Virus record (IMG/VR): IMGVR_UViG_3300048848_000285
Coordinates: 1-29,717 of that record
Source of the DNA: a virus
Lineage: Duplodnaviria > Caudoviricetes
Reading direction: 5' to 3' (one strand)
Length of the DNA: 29,717 nt
Shown: positions 16,048-25,860 of the stretch, one piece after another
Layout of the letters: each line of letters begins with the position of its first letter
How positions within the stretch are numbered: position 1 is the stretch's first letter
Translations under genes and position numbers: made by a program
Notes under the pieces: model-generated
What the model was told of the DNA's origin: nothing
The model's input: the letters and a program-made list of their open reading frames with translations, nothing else
The model's database searches: none

Positions 16048-17648
16048 ACAGGCCCCCCACTGATACGCAGTGGGGTTTGGTCTGAGGACATCTGGAGCGA
16101 CATCAAGGCGTTAAGCGCCCCGTCGATCACCACACGCAAACCCTTCTGGCTCTCGGCGTCGCGATAGACCGTCACCCGGTGGACCAGTTCGCGGAAGGCG
16201 CTGGCCGCTTCGGTGTTCCCCTCGGCGATACCTTCATTCAACGCCTCGTGGAGGTTCTGGAGCTTCTGCTCGTACTGGTGCATCGCGGCCGGGTGCAGCG
16301 TCACCACGTTGGGCACCTCGTCGGCCCCAGCCAGCTCCTCCTTCAGCTGGGTCTTCTCGGCGCGCAGGACGTGCATGCGGTCGCCCACATCCTCCAGGGC
16401 TAGGTGGCCGCTCTGGATGCCGTCGATGATCCGATCCATGTTCCTCTGCACGGTCGCCAGCTTGCGCTCCAGGCTGGCGCGCTGCCCCATCGACGCCTGC
16501 GCGAGTCGCTTGCGCTCGGCCATGTACGTCTCGATGAACAGGGTCAGCCGCTTCGGCGTCTTCAGCTCGGCTACCAGCGTGTCGACCACCAGCCGCTCGA
16601 TCGTGTCGAGGTAGAAGCTCGCGGGGTCTGGGCAGATGCCGCTCTCAGCTGCAGCCGAGCACCGGATGCGAACCCGGCCTGACTTGTCGGTGCCCTTGGC
16701 GGACATGCCAGCGCCGCAGCAGCCGCACTTCAGCAGGCCTGACAGCAGACGCTTGGGTCGGTTCTGGAGGTGCGGGCGGATGCGGGTGCGATCCTGCTTC
16801 TGCGCCTGCACGGCGTCCCACAATTCCTGATCCACGATCCGGAGCTCGGGGAGGGGCCGTCGCTGCCACTTCTCGGGCGGATTGGGCCGGGAGATGCGGC
16901 GTCCGGTGTCGGGGTCCTTCACCATCTGCACGCGGTTCCAGACCAGCTCCCCGGCGTACAGCGGGTTGCGCAGGATGCCGTAGCCCCGCTCGCCGTTCCC
17001 GTTGATCGTGGAGGCGTTCCACTTATCGCCGCGGGGCGGGCGGATGCGCTGTTCGTTCAGGCTGTAGGCGATGCTGCGCGGGGACTTGCCCTCCGAGAAC
17101 TCGCGGAAAATGCGGCGGACGATCTCCGCCTCTTCCTCCACGATGATTAGCTTGCCTTTGTTGATCGGGTCGGGCGTGTAGCCATAGGATCTCCCCCCGG
17201 CGGACAGGCCCTGCTTGATCAGGCCCGTCATGCCGCGGCGTACCTTGTGGACGTTGTCCTCGCGCATCAGCTGGCCCACGAGCCCGCGCAGGCCAACCAT
17301 CAGCGTGTTCGCGGTGCCTTCGTGGACGGCGCGCAGCTCGATCCCGAGGAAGCTCAGCCGCTTGTGGATGCCCGCGAGGTCTTCCATGTCGCGTGAGAGG
17401 CGGTCCAGCGCCTCGACCACGATGACATCGAACTTCTTGCCCTGGGCGTCTTGCAGCAGGCTGAAGAGCCCGTCACGCCCCAGCATCGACGCCCCCGAGC
17501 GTGCCTTGTCATGGTAGGTGCCGACGACGGACAGACCCTCGCGCTCAGCGTAGGTCCGGCAGAGGTCGATTTGGTCTTCCGTCGAGCGCTCGTTCTGAAG
17601 GTCGGTGGAAAATCTGGCGTAGATCGCAGCGGCCGTAGCTTTAGACAT
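16026..17648 (-). CDS. Large serine recombinase (integrase)
   Basis: YARFSTDLQ (catalytic Ser), LDRLSRD, recombinase domain, LLSGLLKCGCCG Zn ribbon, coiled coil. Confidence 0.95.
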   Translation of the reverse strand: MSKATAAAIYARFSTDLQNERSTEDQIDLCRTYAEREGLSVVGTYHDKARSGASMLGRDGLFSLLQDAQGKKFDVIVVEALDRLSRDMEDLAGIHKRLSFLGIELRAVHEGTANTLMVGLRGLVGQLMREDNVHKVRRGMTGLIKQGLSAGGRSYGYTPDPINKGKLIIVEEEAEIVRRIFREFSEGKSPRSIAYSLNEQRIRPPRGDKWNASTINGNGERGYGILRNPLYAGELVWNRVQMVKDPDTGRRISRPNPPEKWQRRPLPELRIVDQELWDAVQAQKQDRTRIRPHLQNRPKRLLSGLLKCGCCGAGMSAKGTDKSGRVRIRCSAAAESGICPDPASFYLDTIERLVVDTLVAELKTPKRLTLFIETYMAERKRLAQASMGQRASLERKLATVQRNMDRIIDGIQSGHLALEDVGDRMHVLRAEKTQLKEELAGADEVPNVVTLHPAAMHQYEQKLQNLHEALNEGIAEGNTEAASAFRELVHRVTVYRDAESQKGLRVVIDGALNALMSLQMSSDQTPLRISGGPVGSGGGT

Positions 17649-17799
17649 CGGGTGCTAGCTTCGGTTCAGCAGACATCACACGCTCTAAAATGTGGATTAG
17701 TTCGGCTGTAGTGGTGCGCCTGTTACCGGCGGCGCGGTCCTTCAGCCGCATCTTCAGCTCGAGAGGCAGCCTGACGAGCATCTGCGTCTTGGTCATCAT
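17641..17799 (-). CDS. Arc-like ribbon-helix-helix protein, 52 aa; not in ORF track
   Basis: Hand translation MMTKTQMLVRLPLELKMRLKDRAAGNRRTTTAELIHILERVMSAEPKLAPDV; overlaps the recombinase start. Confidence 0.8.
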   Translation of the reverse strand: MMTKTQMLVRLPLELKMRLKDRAAGNRRTTTAELIHILERVMSAEPKLAPDV

Positions 17800-17843
17800 A
17801 CTTTTCCTCTGCACCGTAGTTGTTGAAGCTACTGGTAATCGTA

Positions 17844-17881
17844 TATCACCGAGATAGCTTCATCGCAATATCTCGGAGATA
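17844..17881. promoter_or_regulatory. Paired operator-like boxes between divergent Arc-like genes
   Basis: TATCACCGAGATA (17844-17856) and TATCTCGGAGATA (17869-17881): each is TATC-N5-GATA and they are mutually inverted with 1 mismatch. Confidence 0.65.
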
Positions 17882-17888
17882 GCATAAG

Positions 17889-18233
17889 GTGGATCGAGTC
17901 TTGACGGCTGAACGTAGGAAGCCGCAAACCGGCAAGCAGCTGCTCTTGCGCTTCGCTGAGGGGTCTGATCTGCGTGAGCGTCTGGACCAGATAGCAAGGG
18001 CGAACGGCAGGTCCACGACATCGGAAGTCCTGCTCCGGCTGGAGGCCAGCTTGCAAGCCGAGGAACAGACCGCTGGTTTATCGTTCGTGCAGTCCGTCAG
18101 GAGCGCCGCCTCAAAAGCTGGCTCTAATGATCCTGATCTTGAAGCACGCGTTTCCGAACTCGAGAAAGCCGTGAGATTGCTGAAGCAGGCGCAATCTTCA
18201 TCCGATCTGCCTGCCGCTTGTCCGGATGCGTAA
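17889..18233 (+). CDS. Arc-family RHH DNA-binding protein with C-terminal coiled coil
   Basis: QLLLRF...LRERLDQIARANGRSTTSEVLLRLEASL; LEARVSELEKAV. Confidence 0.75.
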   Translation: MDRVLTAERRKPQTGKQLLLRFAEGSDLRERLDQIARANGRSTTSEVLLRLEASLQAEEQTAGLSFVQSVRSAASKAGSNDPDLEARVSELEKAVRLLKQAQSSSDLPAACPDA

Positions 18234-18249
18234 TGCGCCCCGGCATCAG

Positions 18250-18267
18250 TGTGCAATTAATTGCACA
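18250..18267. repeat. Palindrome copy 1, TGTGCAATTAATTGCACA
   Basis: 18-bp perfect palindrome upstream of mod. Confidence 0.9.
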
Positions 18268-18376
18268 ACAGCTGAGTCGCGGTCACCCGGGTCACCTCCG
18301 CAAGGTCGTTTCCATCGGTTCGGTAAATCGGATAGAGCCGCCCCGACACGTTAGGAAATGGGGCGATTAGTAGCTG

Positions 18377-19912
18377 ATGCCGACCTTACGATGGTTGACG
18401 AGGGACGATGACATCAGGGCTGCCGCGCATGTGCCCTACCGCCTGCTGGAGGAAGTCCCCGATCTCGGTCACGGCGATCGTGATAGCGTCAACATGCTTG
18501 TCCAGGGTGACAATCTCGATGCCCTAAAGGCGCTGCTGCCTTTCTATGCCGGGCAGGTGAAGTGTATCTATATCGACCCGCCCTATAACACCCGGTCGGC
18601 CTTCGAGCATTACGATGACAATCTGGAGCACAGCCAGTGGCTGGCGATGATCTGGCCGCGGCTGGTATTGCTGCGCGAGCTGCTGGCGGAAGATGGCAGT
18701 ATCTGGGTCAGCATCGACGATAATGAGGGTCATTACCTCAAGGTCGTGATGGACGAGGTGTTCGGGCGGCAGAATTTTATCGACACCGTTATTTGGAGGA
18801 AAAACTATTCTCCGAAATCAAGCGCGCGGCATTTCTCAGCGGACCATGATTATATCATAGTCTACGGTAAAAACTCCGACCGCTTTGTTCCAAATCTCAT
18901 GCCGCGCACCGAGAAGCAGGACCGCGCTTACAAGAACCCTGACAACGATGCTCGGGGGCCATGGAAAACCAGCGATCTATCTGCTCGCAATTTTTATAGC
19001 CTCGGTAAATATCCGATCACGTCGCCATCAGGTCGAGTGATCGCGGGACCTCCCGGTGGAAACTACTGGCGCGTTTCGGAGGAGAGGTTCTGGGAACTGG
19101 ACCGAGACAATCGAATATGGTGGGGAGCTAAGGGCGATGCCATACCCCAGATCAAGCGTTTCCTTTCGGAGGTAAAGCAGGGAGTAACGCCCCAGACCTT
19201 CTGGCCATACGAAGAGGTCGGTCACACACAAGACGCGAAGAAGGAGATACTCGCTCTCTTCGGGTCGGATGTATTTGGTACACCCAAGCCTGAACGGCTC
19301 ATGCAGCGTGTAATTCATATCGCGACCAACCCTGGCGATCTCGTGTTGGACAGCTTCCTCGGCTCCGGCACGACGGCGGCGGTCGCGCATAAGATGGGCC
19401 GTCGCTACATCGGTATCGAGATGGGCGATCATGCCGCGACTCATTGCCAGCCGCGCCTCAAGAAGGTCGTGGACGGCGAACAAGGGGGCATCTCCGAGGC
19501 GGTGAACTGGCAGGGCGGCGGCGGCTTTCGCTATTTCCGGCTGGGTGCGTCTGTGTACGACGAGAATGGGCAGATAAGTCCGGACATCGAGTTTGCGGTG
19601 CTAGCTGCGCATGTGTGGTTCTCCGAGACGCAGCAACCGTGGTCCCGGCCCGATCGGCTTTCGCCCGTTCTCGGCGTCCATGAGGGGCAGGCCTATGCTC
19701 TGCTCTACAACGGCATTTTGGGGGACAAGTCGGTGAGCGGCGGGAATGTGCTGACCCGCAAGACGCTGGCGGTGATCCGCGCTGCGTTGCCGGAGGGCTT
19801 CGCCGGGCCCGTCACTGTCTATGGCGAACGATCCGCGCTGTCTGACACTACGCGGGGGAGGGAGCAGATCAGCTTCAAGCAGACCCCCTATGACGTGAAG
19901 GCGCGGGCGTAA
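18377..19912 (+). CDS. mod: Type III R-M methyltransferase Mod
   Basis: YIDPPY, TPKPE, LDSFLGSGTT; 1-nt overlap with res. Confidence 0.93.
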   Translation: MPTLRWLTRDDDIRAAAHVPYRLLEEVPDLGHGDRDSVNMLVQGDNLDALKALLPFYAGQVKCIYIDPPYNTRSAFEHYDDNLEHSQWLAMIWPRLVLLRELLAEDGSIWVSIDDNEGHYLKVVMDEVFGRQNFIDTVIWRKNYSPKSSARHFSADHDYIIVYGKNSDRFVPNLMPRTEKQDRAYKNPDNDARGPWKTSDLSARNFYSLGKYPITSPSGRVIAGPPGGNYWRVSEERFWELDRDNRIWWGAKGDAIPQIKRFLSEVKQGVTPQTFWPYEEVGHTQDAKKEILALFGSDVFGTPKPERLMQRVIHIATNPGDLVLDSFLGSGTTAAVAHKMGRRYIGIEMGDHAATHCQPRLKKVVDGEQGGISEAVNWQGGGGFRYFRLGASVYDENGQISPDIEFAVLAAHVWFSETQQPWSRPDRLSPVLGVHEGQAYALLYNGILGDKSVSGGNVLTRKTLAVIRAALPEGFAGPVTVYGERSALSDTTRGREQISFKQTPYDVKARA

Positions 19913-22551
19913 TGGAACTCAAGACCTATCAGACGCAGACGCTCAACACGCTGCGGCGCTTTTTCGAGAAGGCTCGCGTGCAAGGCCCCGGCGCGGCGTA
20001 TGACGCCATAGTCGCGGAGCCGGAGATGGCGGCGCGCCTCAAGGGCTTTGCTGGGCATTACAAGGCGCCAAACGGGCTGGACGAGACGCCCTATGTCTGC
20101 CTGCGACTGCCGACCGGCGGCGGCAAAACGGTGCTGGCGGCCCATGCGGTGAACATTGCCAAGGAAACTTGGGTCGAACGTGATTTCCCACTGGTGCTGT
20201 GGCTGGTGCCCTCCACCACGATCCGCAAGCAGACGGTGGACGCGCTTAAGAACTCACGGCACCCCTATCGTGCCGCGCTCGACGATGCCTTCGCGGGGCG
20301 CGTCCGTGTGTTCGACATCGGCGACTTTACCCAGCTTCTGCCGCACGATTTGTTATCCAACTGCTGCGTCGTGGTCGCCACGATCCAGGCCCTGCGGGTA
20401 AAGGACACCGAAGGCCGCAAGGTCTATGCCCACCACGAGATGCTGGAACCGCATTTCACCGGCGTCCCTGACAAGATGCCGGGGCTGGAACTGATCGAGG
20501 ACGGCAGGGGTGCGGGGACGATCAAATTCTCTTTCGCCAATTTGATGCACCTGTATCGCCCGCTGATGATCGTGGACGAGGCGCACAAGGCCGTCACCGG
20601 CCTGTCCCGCGAGATGCAGAGTCGGGTGAACCCGACTGCGATCATCGAGTTCACCGCCACCCCGCGCTCCAACTCCAACATCCTGCACTCGGTCTCCGCC
20701 CAGGAGTTGAAGGACGAGGAGATGATCAAGCTACCGGTCATGCTCTCCGAGCATCAGACATGGCAGGCGGCCGTTACCGGCGCGATATCCAAACGGGCCG
20801 AGCTTGCCGAGGATGCGCGACGGGAGCGCGACTATATTCGTCCACTCGTCCTGTTCCAGGCCCAGAACAAGGATGAGGAAGTTACTGTAGCGGCCCTGAA
20901 GCAACATCTAATGGACGTGGAGGGCATCGACGCGCATCGCATCGCCGTTGCCACCGGCGATCAGCGTGAACTCGACGGCATCCACCTCTTCGACCCGGGC
21001 TGCGAGATTGATTTCATCATCACGGTGGAGGCGCTGAAAGAAGGCTGGGACTGCTCCTTCGCCTATGTCTTCTGTTCGGTCGCCAACATCCATAGCGCGA
21101 CAGACGCGGAGCAGCTTCTAGGGCGAGTGCTGCGAATGCCGTATGCCCGCAAGCGTTCGGTCCCCTCACTGAACCGCGCCTATGCCAATCTGACCTCCAA
21201 ATCCTTCTCGGACGCCGCGAACGCGTTGAAGGACCGGCTCGTCTCGATGGGGTTCGAGGAAAGCGAAGCCGAGGACAATATCCTGCCCGAACAGCTTGAC
21301 CTCAATGAAGGGTTGTTCGGCCATGTCCGCCGGGCGAAGCCGAGCCTGACCACGACCATCGCCGTCGAGCCTACAGCGCTGAAAGGGCTGGAAGCGGCGG
21401 CGCCCTCCAAGGTGCGAGTGACCGCCGGGTCCGACGGTAGGACCGTGGTCAAGATCACCGGCTTCCTCAGCCCAGCCGAGAAGGAGAAGTTCTTGGCGGC
21501 CCTGCCCGACGTGGAAGCCACCAGCTTACGAGAAGAGGTCGCGAGCTATGAGGCGGAGCATCAGCGCGACGCCTCACCGGCGGACCGGGGGGAGACGTTC
21601 ACCGTCCCGGCGCTGATGACATGGGTTCAAGGCGAGCTCGAACTGGCCGACAGCGACATCCTAATGGAATATCACGACTGGTCGCTCGCAGATCATTCAC
21701 CCAGGCTGGAGGCCAAGGACTTCGCCATTCAGGCGTCGACTGACACCTTTGAGATCGACGTCGACCGGCAGCGGCTGTTCGTGAAGCACGCAGACCAGAG
21801 CGCCCAACTTCTCCTCGACATCCCCGTTGAGGGTTGGAGCGAACAGACGCTCGTGCTGTTCCTAGACCGGCAGGTGCGGGACAAGTTCATCGGCCAGGGC
21901 GAGCTCGTCCGCTGGCTGACTGAACTGGTCAACTACCTGACCGGCCCCCGCAACATTCCGCTGTCGGCGCTCATGCAATGCAAATACCCGCTCGCGCGAA
22001 AGGTTAAGGAACGGATCGCGGAAATCCGCGCCAAAGAGCGCGAGCACGTCTATCAGCGGTCACTGTTCGCGCCGCAGGCCAAGCCGGAAATCTCCTTCGA
22101 CAATGGATTTGTCTTTGCCGACGACATGTTCGCGGGTGTCCGCACCTATCGCGGCTCCTATCGCTTCTCCAAGCACTTCACCGGCTGGGATCAGGTCGCG
22201 GCTTTCGACGGAGCTGAGGATGGGGAGGAATTGAACTGCGCTAAGGTGATCGACAGCCTGCCGCAGGTCAGGCACTGGATCAGGAACGTCCCCCGCCACT
22301 CGCAAGCGTTCTGGCTGCCGACCGCCTCGGGCCGGTTCTATCCGGACTTCGTGGCCGACCTGACCGATGGCCGGATAATGATCGTGGAGTACAAGGGCGC
22401 GCACCTGGCAGACGCCGCCGACACCGACGAAAAGCGGGCGATCGGCGCGCTGTGGGAGAAGGCCAGCGGCGGCAAGGGACTGTTCCTTATGGCCGAGAAG
22501 CAAGCGAGCGGGAAGGACGTGCGTGCGCAGTTGCTCGCCAAGGTGGGCTGA
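19912..22551 (+). CDS. res: Type III restriction subunit Res
   Basis: PTGGGKT, DEAH, FTAT, LKEGWD, QLLGRVLR, C-terminal YPDF...VEYKG nuclease motif. Confidence 0.92.
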   Translation: MELKTYQTQTLNTLRRFFEKARVQGPGAAYDAIVAEPEMAARLKGFAGHYKAPNGLDETPYVCLRLPTGGGKTVLAAHAVNIAKETWVERDFPLVLWLVPSTTIRKQTVDALKNSRHPYRAALDDAFAGRVRVFDIGDFTQLLPHDLLSNCCVVVATIQALRVKDTEGRKVYAHHEMLEPHFTGVPDKMPGLELIEDGRGAGTIKFSFANLMHLYRPLMIVDEAHKAVTGLSREMQSRVNPTAIIEFTATPRSNSNILHSVSAQELKDEEMIKLPVMLSEHQTWQAAVTGAISKRAELAEDARRERDYIRPLVLFQAQNKDEEVTVAALKQHLMDVEGIDAHRIAVATGDQRELDGIHLFDPGCEIDFIITVEALKEGWDCSFAYVFCSVANIHSATDAEQLLGRVLRMPYARKRSVPSLNRAYANLTSKSFSDAANALKDRLVSMGFEESEAEDNILPEQLDLNEGLFGHVRRAKPSLTTTIAVEPTALKGLEAAAPSKVRVTAGSDGRTVVKITGFLSPAEKEKFLAALPDVEATSLREEVASYEAEHQRDASPADRGETFTVPALMTWVQGELELADSDILMEYHDWSLADHSPRLEAKDFAIQASTDTFEIDVDRQRLFVKHADQSAQLLLDIPVEGWSEQTLVLFLDRQVRDKFIGQGELVRWLTELVNYLTGPRNIPLSALMQCKYPLARKVKERIAEIRAKEREHVYQRSLFAPQAKPEISFDNGFVFADDMFAGVRTYRGSYRFSKHFTGWDQVAAFDGAEDGEELNCAKVIDSLPQVRHWIRNVPRHSQAFWLPTASGRFYPDFVADLTDGRIMIVEYKGAHLADAADTDEKRAIGALWEKASGGKGLFLMAEKQASGKDVRAQLLAKVG

Positions 22552-22587
22552 CCGACGATTAGCAGAGTCCAGCGTAACCGCTGCTCA

Positions 22588-22603
22588 TGCAATTAATTGC
22601 ACA
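22588..22603. repeat. Palindrome copy 2, TGCAATTAATTGCA(CA)
   Basis: Intergenic, between res and the TS-like gene. Confidence 0.9.
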
Positions 22604-22788
22604 GAGATAAAGCCCTTTCTTCGGCCGATTGAAGGCTCTGATAAGTGAGTGTTATCGCTGGTTAGAAGCCAGGAGGTGAAGACTTAGCTTTCTTTTGACC
22701 GGCGTCCGATATGCATTGACGTTACGCCCCTTTTCGTTGATCCACGTTGCGGCAGTCAGTGAGGGGGGCCGCGAAAGCGGTACTGGCT

Positions 22789-23766
22789 ATGGAGATTGAG
22801 CGCGAAAGCCTCGATGCAGTTTTGCATCAGCTTTATCAGGACATCGATGCGTACGGGCATCCACATGCCGGGTCGCGGGGCGAAACGCTTGAACTGCTGG
22901 GCGTGACGCTCCGAATTACCAATCCGCGAGCCAGGATCAGCCGCTCGGAGAACCGCGGCAAGCCCTTCAGCGCGCTGGGCGAGCTGCTCTGGTATTTGTC
23001 CGGTCGGGATAAGCTGGAATTCATCAAGCCCTATGTGTCGGAATACGAGAAGGAGGCCGTTGGTGGCATTCTCGAAGGTGCCTACGGGCCTCGGCTTCTG
23101 GCTATGCGCGGATCGATCGACCAATTAAAAAGCATCGAGACGCTGCTCCGGAGGAAGCCCGGTTCGCGGCGCGCGGTGGTGCAATTGTTCAACGCTGAGG
23201 ACATCGCCACCGATCACGTCGAAGTCCCCTGCACAACTACGCTGCAGTTCCACCAACGTGAGGGACGACTGCACATGTCGGTTACGCTTCGGTCCAACGA
23301 CGCATATTGGGGGCTCCCTCACGACGTGTTCTGCTTCACGATGATCCAGGAGATGATGGCTGGACGTCTCGGCGTTGAACTTGGCGAATACCATCACTTC
23401 GTCGGCAGCATGCACGTTTACAACGACCACCTTGCGGACATGAGGGCCTATCTCGACGAAGGCTTCCAGCAAGTTCACGCAATGCCGGCAATGCCCGAAG
23501 GAGACCCGTTCGACATCGTGGATAGCCTGCTGGCCGTCGAAGCAAGGTTGCGTGTCGGCGACCTGATCGAACCAGAGGAGGTGATGAGCGACCCCTATTG
23601 GTCGGATATCGTCCGGCTGCTGCAGGTGTTCTGGTCACGCAAACACGCCACCAACGTAGAGGACCACGTGCGGCGGCTGAACGGAATTCGCGCGCAACTA
23701 GTGTCGCCATCCTATGGGCCTTATGTCGACGGCAGGAAGGATCTGTCGATCCGCGCACGCGCCTAG
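22789..23766 (+). CDS. Thymidylate synthase / pyrimidine hydroxymethylase family protein
   Basis: GELLWYLSG, AYGPR, SRRA, catalytic PC, RSNDAYWGLPHD, GSMHVY. Confidence 0.88.
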   Translation: MEIERESLDAVLHQLYQDIDAYGHPHAGSRGETLELLGVTLRITNPRARISRSENRGKPFSALGELLWYLSGRDKLEFIKPYVSEYEKEAVGGILEGAYGPRLLAMRGSIDQLKSIETLLRRKPGSRRAVVQLFNAEDIATDHVEVPCTTTLQFHQREGRLHMSVTLRSNDAYWGLPHDVFCFTMIQEMMAGRLGVELGEYHHFVGSMHVYNDHLADMRAYLDEGFQQVHAMPAMPEGDPFDIVDSLLAVEARLRVGDLIEPEEVMSDPYWSDIVRLLQVFWSRKHATNVEDHVRRLNGIRAQLVSPSYGPYVDGRKDLSIRARA

Positions 23767-23797
23767 GCCAACTTTACACCATCGGAGAGCTAAATAG

Positions 23798-24712
23798 ATG
23801 TGGCCAACTAGGGATGCGGAACGCCAGCGCATCACAACCGAACTCACGGCAGCAGTAGGACCACTTGGTCTATCCGGGCTCCCGAACCAGGCGACGATCG
23901 ATACGCTGGCGCTCCAGTTCGTAGCGAGCTTGCGTCGCGAGGACTACTATAAGGTCGTTCAGAGAAAGCGGGTATCTGCCGCGCGCGCCGATCCCAACAG
24001 TCCTGCGTTCGACGCCGAACGCGCGGTCGCTTACCACATGCAGCAGGGCAACGTCGACGAGGCCGGCTGGCTTATCTTCCTGATGACCTACTTCGCCCGA
24101 CCAACAGACACCAAGTGGCAGCGCCTGCAGGACGTCTACGGCCGCCTTGGCAGCGGCGTATGGGATTGGGCGACGGTCAACGCTAACCCTGCCGCATTCT
24201 ATAATTGGATCGATGCAAACTGGCGACAGATCCGCGGCAAATTCGGCAACCATCGGAAATACAACAGCCTGAACCCCAACGCTGCCAACCCGATGCACAT
24301 GACAGTGGGCGACTATTTGACCTGGATCGGTCCGGCCGGGCATGCGGCGTTCTTCGCGAACGCTGTGCGCGCGGCCGGCAACCACCCACACACGATCTAC
24401 GATCACCTCTTCAGCAGGATGAAGGTGCTAACCTTCGCCCGCCTGGGCAAGTTCGACTACCTCTCGCTGGTCGGGCGCTACGGCTTGGCGCCGATCTCGG
24501 CGGGCTCGGCCTATCTCAAGGGAGCGACCGGTCCCCAGAGCGGCGCGCGGCTCCTCGTTGACGGGTCACGGAGCAGCGCCACGTCGCTGGCTGCCCTTCA
24601 GGGGACGCTCGACGCGCTCGACGGGCGGCTGAACGTGGGAATGGCCGTGATGGAGGATGCGCTCTGCAACTGGCAGAAGAGCCCGGCGAGGTTCGTGCAC
24701 TACCTCGGTTAG
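23798..24712 (+). CDS. Alpha-glutamyl/putrescinyl-thymine pyrophosphorylase clade 3-like protein
   Basis: FGNHRKY, FARLGKFDYL, YLKGATGP..GARLL, MEDALCNWQKSP recalled as family motifs; adjacent to a TS homologue. Confidence 0.7.
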   Translation: MWPTRDAERQRITTELTAAVGPLGLSGLPNQATIDTLALQFVASLRREDYYKVVQRKRVSAARADPNSPAFDAERAVAYHMQQGNVDEAGWLIFLMTYFARPTDTKWQRLQDVYGRLGSGVWDWATVNANPAAFYNWIDANWRQIRGKFGNHRKYNSLNPNAANPMHMTVGDYLTWIGPAGHAAFFANAVRAAGNHPHTIYDHLFSRMKVLTFARLGKFDYLSLVGRYGLAPISAGSAYLKGATGPQSGARLLVDGSRSSATSLAALQGTLDALDGRLNVGMAVMEDALCNWQKSPARFVHYLG

Positions 24713-25860
24713 TCGAGCAGCGCCCGCAGCTCGTCCCAGCGCCAGTGGCGCTTCAGGTAGTTCATTTGATGCGGCATTATCATGCCGCGGTGTTGCATCT
24801 GCCCCACGGTCAGCCCTGGCGCAACCTGCGCCTTCACACTGAACCGGATTACCTCGTCCTTCGCCGCGTAAAGGCGCTCAAATTCCTGTTCGCTATTCTC
24901 CGGAATGATGCAGCGAGATGCGAACTCGTTGGCCTCGCGCTCCATCTGATCCTCATGCCCCGCGCCGATGTCACCATCGACGAAGGTCTGCGCGCCATGG
25001 CGTACGACATGGCCGAGCTCGTGGAAGACAGTGAACCAGAAGCGGTCGTCAGACAGACCACGAAAGCTTAGAAGGATCATCGCCTTGTCGGACGCGACCA
25101 TCCGGCTCGCGCCGGACGCGCGGCAACCCTCCGGGGCGCGCTGCGCAACGACGGCGACACCCACCTCGGCGCAGAGCGTCTTGAGCTTGGGAAGGAACCG
25201 GTCCGGCTGACGGACTAGCGACAGCCTCCTGATCGCTTCCATTCGGTCCACCAGATTGTCCACATGGAGCGGCTTCGTGGCCACGAGGTCGGCGCCGAGC
25301 TCGCCTCGGCGAAGCCACATCAGCACCGCGCCGTCGTCCGACGTGAACGCATGCGTCGTGCGGAAGAGCGTCTCCGACCGTATTCGCCCGTAACGGGTCT
25401 CCCATGCCGCCAAGGTTCCCACATTGAAGAACGCTAGGCGTCGTCGCACCTCTGCCCGTCGCGTGTCTTCTGACATCCGCCCGCGGGGCCGGGGCCCGGG
25501 AACGGGAATGAGTAGCCAATCGTCGGCTTCGGTCGCCACCGCGCGATCGACTGCGCGCTCCAGCGCACCCTCGTAGTTCTCCTGTCGCTTCAGCCAGAAC
25601 GAGCTGGAGCCCCCGAGTACCGCGGCCAACGCGCCCGCTTGCTCCCGTCCAATCGCGACGGAGCCGTCGAGTAGGCCTCTCAAGGTTGCCACCCCGCCGG
25701 GCAACCTGTCTGCAACCACCTGTGGCGGCACGCCCCGACGTTGCATCAGAGCGCGCAGCGAGTCCCCAGGCTTCGAGAACCAGTCCGGCTTGAACCCCAG
25801 CACCTCCGTCAAGGCAGCCTCGCGACTTCCACTAGCTTCAACCTCGTCACCGTTTCCCAA
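24709..25860 (-). CDS. HigA-like HTH fused to ImmA/IrrE metallopeptidase
   Basis: PDWFSKPGDSL + HTH, FWLKRQENY, FWFTVFHELGH (HExxH), EREANEFA; start uncertain. Confidence 0.85.
   Translation of the reverse strand: MGNGDEVEASGSREAALTEVLGFKPDWFSKPGDSLRALMQRRGVPPQVVADRLPGGVATLRGLLDGSVAIGREQAGALAAVLGGSSSFWLKRQENYEGALERAVDRAVATEADDWLLIPVPGPRPRGRMSEDTRRAEVRRRLAFFNVGTLAAWETRYGRIRSETLFRTTHAFTSDDGAVLMWLRRGELGADLVATKPLHVDNLVDRMEAIRRLSLVRQPDRFLPKLKTLCAEVGVAVVAQRAPEGCRASGASRMVASDKAMILLSFRGLSDDRFWFTVFHELGHVVRHGAQTFVDGDIGAGHEDQMEREANEFASRCIIPENSEQEFERLYAAKDEVIRFSVKAQVAPGLTVGQMQHRGMIMPHQMNYLKRHWRWDELRALLD

Noticed and set aside
22789-23766. Housekeeping thyA
   Set aside because: Asp at the specificity position, island context and no adjacent folA
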